A stretch of DNA of 64,000 nucleotides, taken from positions 930,001-994,000 of the forward strand of contig RSEE01000006.1 in the NCBI GenBank assembly GCA_003971905.1, read 5' to 3'. Below the pieces are notes generated by a model. The model made no database searches, was not told the DNA's origin, and was given only the letters and a program-made list of their open reading frames with translations. Below, piece by piece: positions 62,007-64,000 of the stretch; position 1 is the stretch's first letter; each line of letters starts with the position of its first letter. Source of the DNA: Moniliella sp. 'wahieum'. Lineage: Eukaryota. The translations under genes and the position numbers were made by a program.

Positions 62007-63068
62007 TCAGGGCACAACCTGGATGCCCATCTGATTGGCCATCTGAAAAAGCTGGCGACACATTGACTGGAGAAGCACGTCGTACTCCAGCAGCTCCATC
62101 GTAGGTGAAACGTCAGGACGAAGCGAAGCGCCTTCGAAGAGGTAGTTTCCGTCATGCTCTTCCGAAAATAGGGAAGGGTATTGTTCTGGGTAGCCAAGGG
62201 GCTTGCGCGGGGGCGGATCCAAGTCCTGGACCTTGGCTTGGGCAATGAAAAAGATGTGCTTGAGTGTGATGCGGCCATTGAACGTGGAAGCAGTGAGGGG
62301 GGAAGAGTGGGTAACGCCAGCCGCTCGTTTGAGCCACCACGCGGGGGGGGAGGTGATTCGTACCTTCCATTCCCCCGACTCGGTCACCAACGTTTGCGGC
62401 CAATGGGTAAAGGAGGGCTTGTCGGTCGTTTGCCGCGCCCACTCTTTCATGCTCGGATACGCAAACGTTTGTTCCATCGGATCCACATCGGCGGGGCATC
62501 CCAAGTAGGTTGCTTTCATCCCCAACGGGATCCACTCTTCGTATTCCTTGGTCGCACGGCACACAGCGATCATCAGTCGGGTCCGCCACGCGGCTTCCGG
62601 CGCCGAGTGGCCCACGGCCAACCCGGGGATGTGGCTCATCTGCCATGCATACCGCTGAGCCCGACCGGCAGGAACGAGCGAACGGAAAACGGTGCCCGGA
62701 GCAGGAGGCTCCGCCTGCCATGGGATTTCTACCTGGGGCTCCATCCGCATTCCGCTGCGGCACGATCGGTCCCTCCACCCCCCGGGCGGAGGATCGGTGA
62801 CAAGGTGTTTGTTGATTCCTTGCCGCTCCGATGGCGTCCCCGCCGAAGAAGGCGGGGGAGGACGTTTGGGCACGGCAGGCAGTTGGCCAGGGAAGGGGAT
62901 CCGCTTGGGTTGGGGCGGAGAAGAGGGCGGTGGAGGAGCCGAGTGGACGCGGCGCGACGATGGCACCGACCGGGCGAGAGCCAATGCGCGTCGCCTGCTG
63001 CCTCCCACAGAGGGAAGCGAAGCGACAGACCGGGGCGCGGAGAGGGACAGCAAGCGAGCACCCACCAT
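62007..63068 (-). CDS. Divergent mitochondrial ribosomal protein uL11m-like (Mrpl19 family), 353 aa
   Basis: Intact ORF with Arg/Ser-rich presequence. L11-like blocks: [64 protein letters not shown]. Confidence 0.78.
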   Translation of the reverse strand: MVGARLLSLSAPRSVASLPSVGGSRRRALALARSVPSSRRVHSAPPPPSSPPQPKRIPFPGQLPAVPKRPPPPSSAGTPSERQGINKHLVTDPPPGGWRDRSCRSGMRMEPQVEIPWQAEPPAPGTVFRSLVPAGRAQRYAWQMSHIPGLAVGHSAPEAAWRTRLMIAVCRATKEYEEWIPLGMKATYLGCPADVDPMEQTFAYPSMKEWARQTTDKPSFTHWPQTLVTESGEWKVRITSPPAWWLKRAAGVTHSSPLTASTFNGRITLKHIFFIAQAKVQDLDPPPRKPLGYPEQYPSLFSEEHDGNYLFEGASLRPDVSPTMELLEYDVLLQSMCRQLFQMANQMGIQVVP

Positions 63069-63302
63069 TGTTCCCACTCGGTCCCACAGCCAGGCGGGCA
63101 GGATCTGGAGACGGCAGGCGAGGACGCCTACGACGGCCATCCCCCAAGCAGCAACGAGGGGCCAGGCGGAACGGACCAATTGGCCAGCGGAATCGCAGCG
63201 GCGGAGGAGATCGGTGCAAAAATTTCGCGGGGGCAGCAGGTGCCTTTTTTCATGGCTGCCGCTGGTGGGCCGCCACGCTCTGCCGCTCCCCAACCACCGA
63301 CA

Positions 63303-63908
63303 ATGCGTCCGCTCACCGAAGAGGAGGAAACGACCACGCTGTTTACCAAGCTGGCCAACTATGTCGGCCCCAACATTGTCCGCCTCCTGGACCGTGCGGA
63401 TGAGCCGTACGTCTTCCGACTGCACCGGGACCGGGTGTACTACGTGTCGGAGGCAGCCATGAAGCTGGCGGCGTCGGTGAGCCGGGGGCAGTTGATGAGC
63501 CTCGGGACTTGCCTGGCAAGTTTTCCAAGACGGGCAAGTTCCGCATGCACATTACCGCGCTCGACGTGATTGCGCCGTTGGCCCCGCACCGGGTATGGAT
63601 CAAGTCGAATGGTGAACTGCCCTTCTTGTATGGTGGCCACATTGTCAAGGCGCACCTTGGCCGCATTACCGACGATACACCGGAGCATGCGGGGGTGGTG
63701 GTACTATCCATGAACGGTACGCCGCTCGGGTTTGGCGTGACGGCGCGTTCGACAGTGGACACGAGGAAACTGGACCCGACATCGATCATTGTCTTTCACC
63801 AGGCAGACGTGGGCGAGTACCTGCGTGATGAGGTACGTTGTGGTCAGAGTGGTGGTGGTAGGAGACTGACGGATTGGGCATGTGGGTTTGCAGGACACGT
63901 TGTTCTAA
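63303..63908 (+). CDS. NIP7: 60S ribosome biogenesis factor Nip7
   Basis: [115 protein letters not shown]. Intron 63833-63893. Confidence 0.96.
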
Positions 63909-64000
63909 TGGATGGAGCTAGATTGAGGCACCAACGCATACAATGCACGCACGCGTACGGCGCGCGCCTTGAGCTCCCGCGTCCGTGTTGGCACGTCCGG

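Noticed and set aside
62181..63569. 462-aa ORF as an N-terminally extended Nip7 overlapping uL11m
   Set aside because: Nip7 orthologues start MRPLT (ATG 63303); the upstream part is antisense read-through from a non-ATG start.

Overview
This is GC-rich eukaryotic DNA with short GT-AG introns (GTACGT/GTGCGT/GTATGT donors, CTAAC/CTGAC branch sites). It looks like a basidiomycete fungus, probably smut-like (Ustilaginomycotina); that is inferred from the adenylate cyclase and intron style, not proven. The window holds about 25 protein genes, mostly housekeeping: an SDR, Stm1-like protein, M28 leucine aminopeptidase, SCY1/Cex1 pseudokinase, adenylate cyclase, Sec14-like protein, uL30m, RPS2, RRP12, eIF3m, NDUFA6, Rtt107/Brc1, Ubp15/USP7, Ubc8, an SH3 protein, Sit4/PP6, a divergent uL11m and NIP7. 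It also has two intron-containing tRNA genes (Ala-UGC, initiator Met). Many conserved genes are broken by frameshifts, best explained by uncorrected long-read indels, so coordinates are gene spans rather than clean ORFs. The most unusual items are: (i) a membrane-anchored, probably catalytically dead NYN-domain protein with two duplicated C-terminal modules that share an intron position; (ii) a remodelled 353-aa uL11m; (iii) a 7-nt microexon in NDUFA6; (iv) a 59-aa spliced membrane microprotein; (v) a lower-GC ~3 kb island bracketed by a degenerate direct repeat; and (vi) recurrent promoter motifs. I found no CRISPR array, rRNA or recognisable transposase. Family calls come from motif recognition by eye, not database searches.
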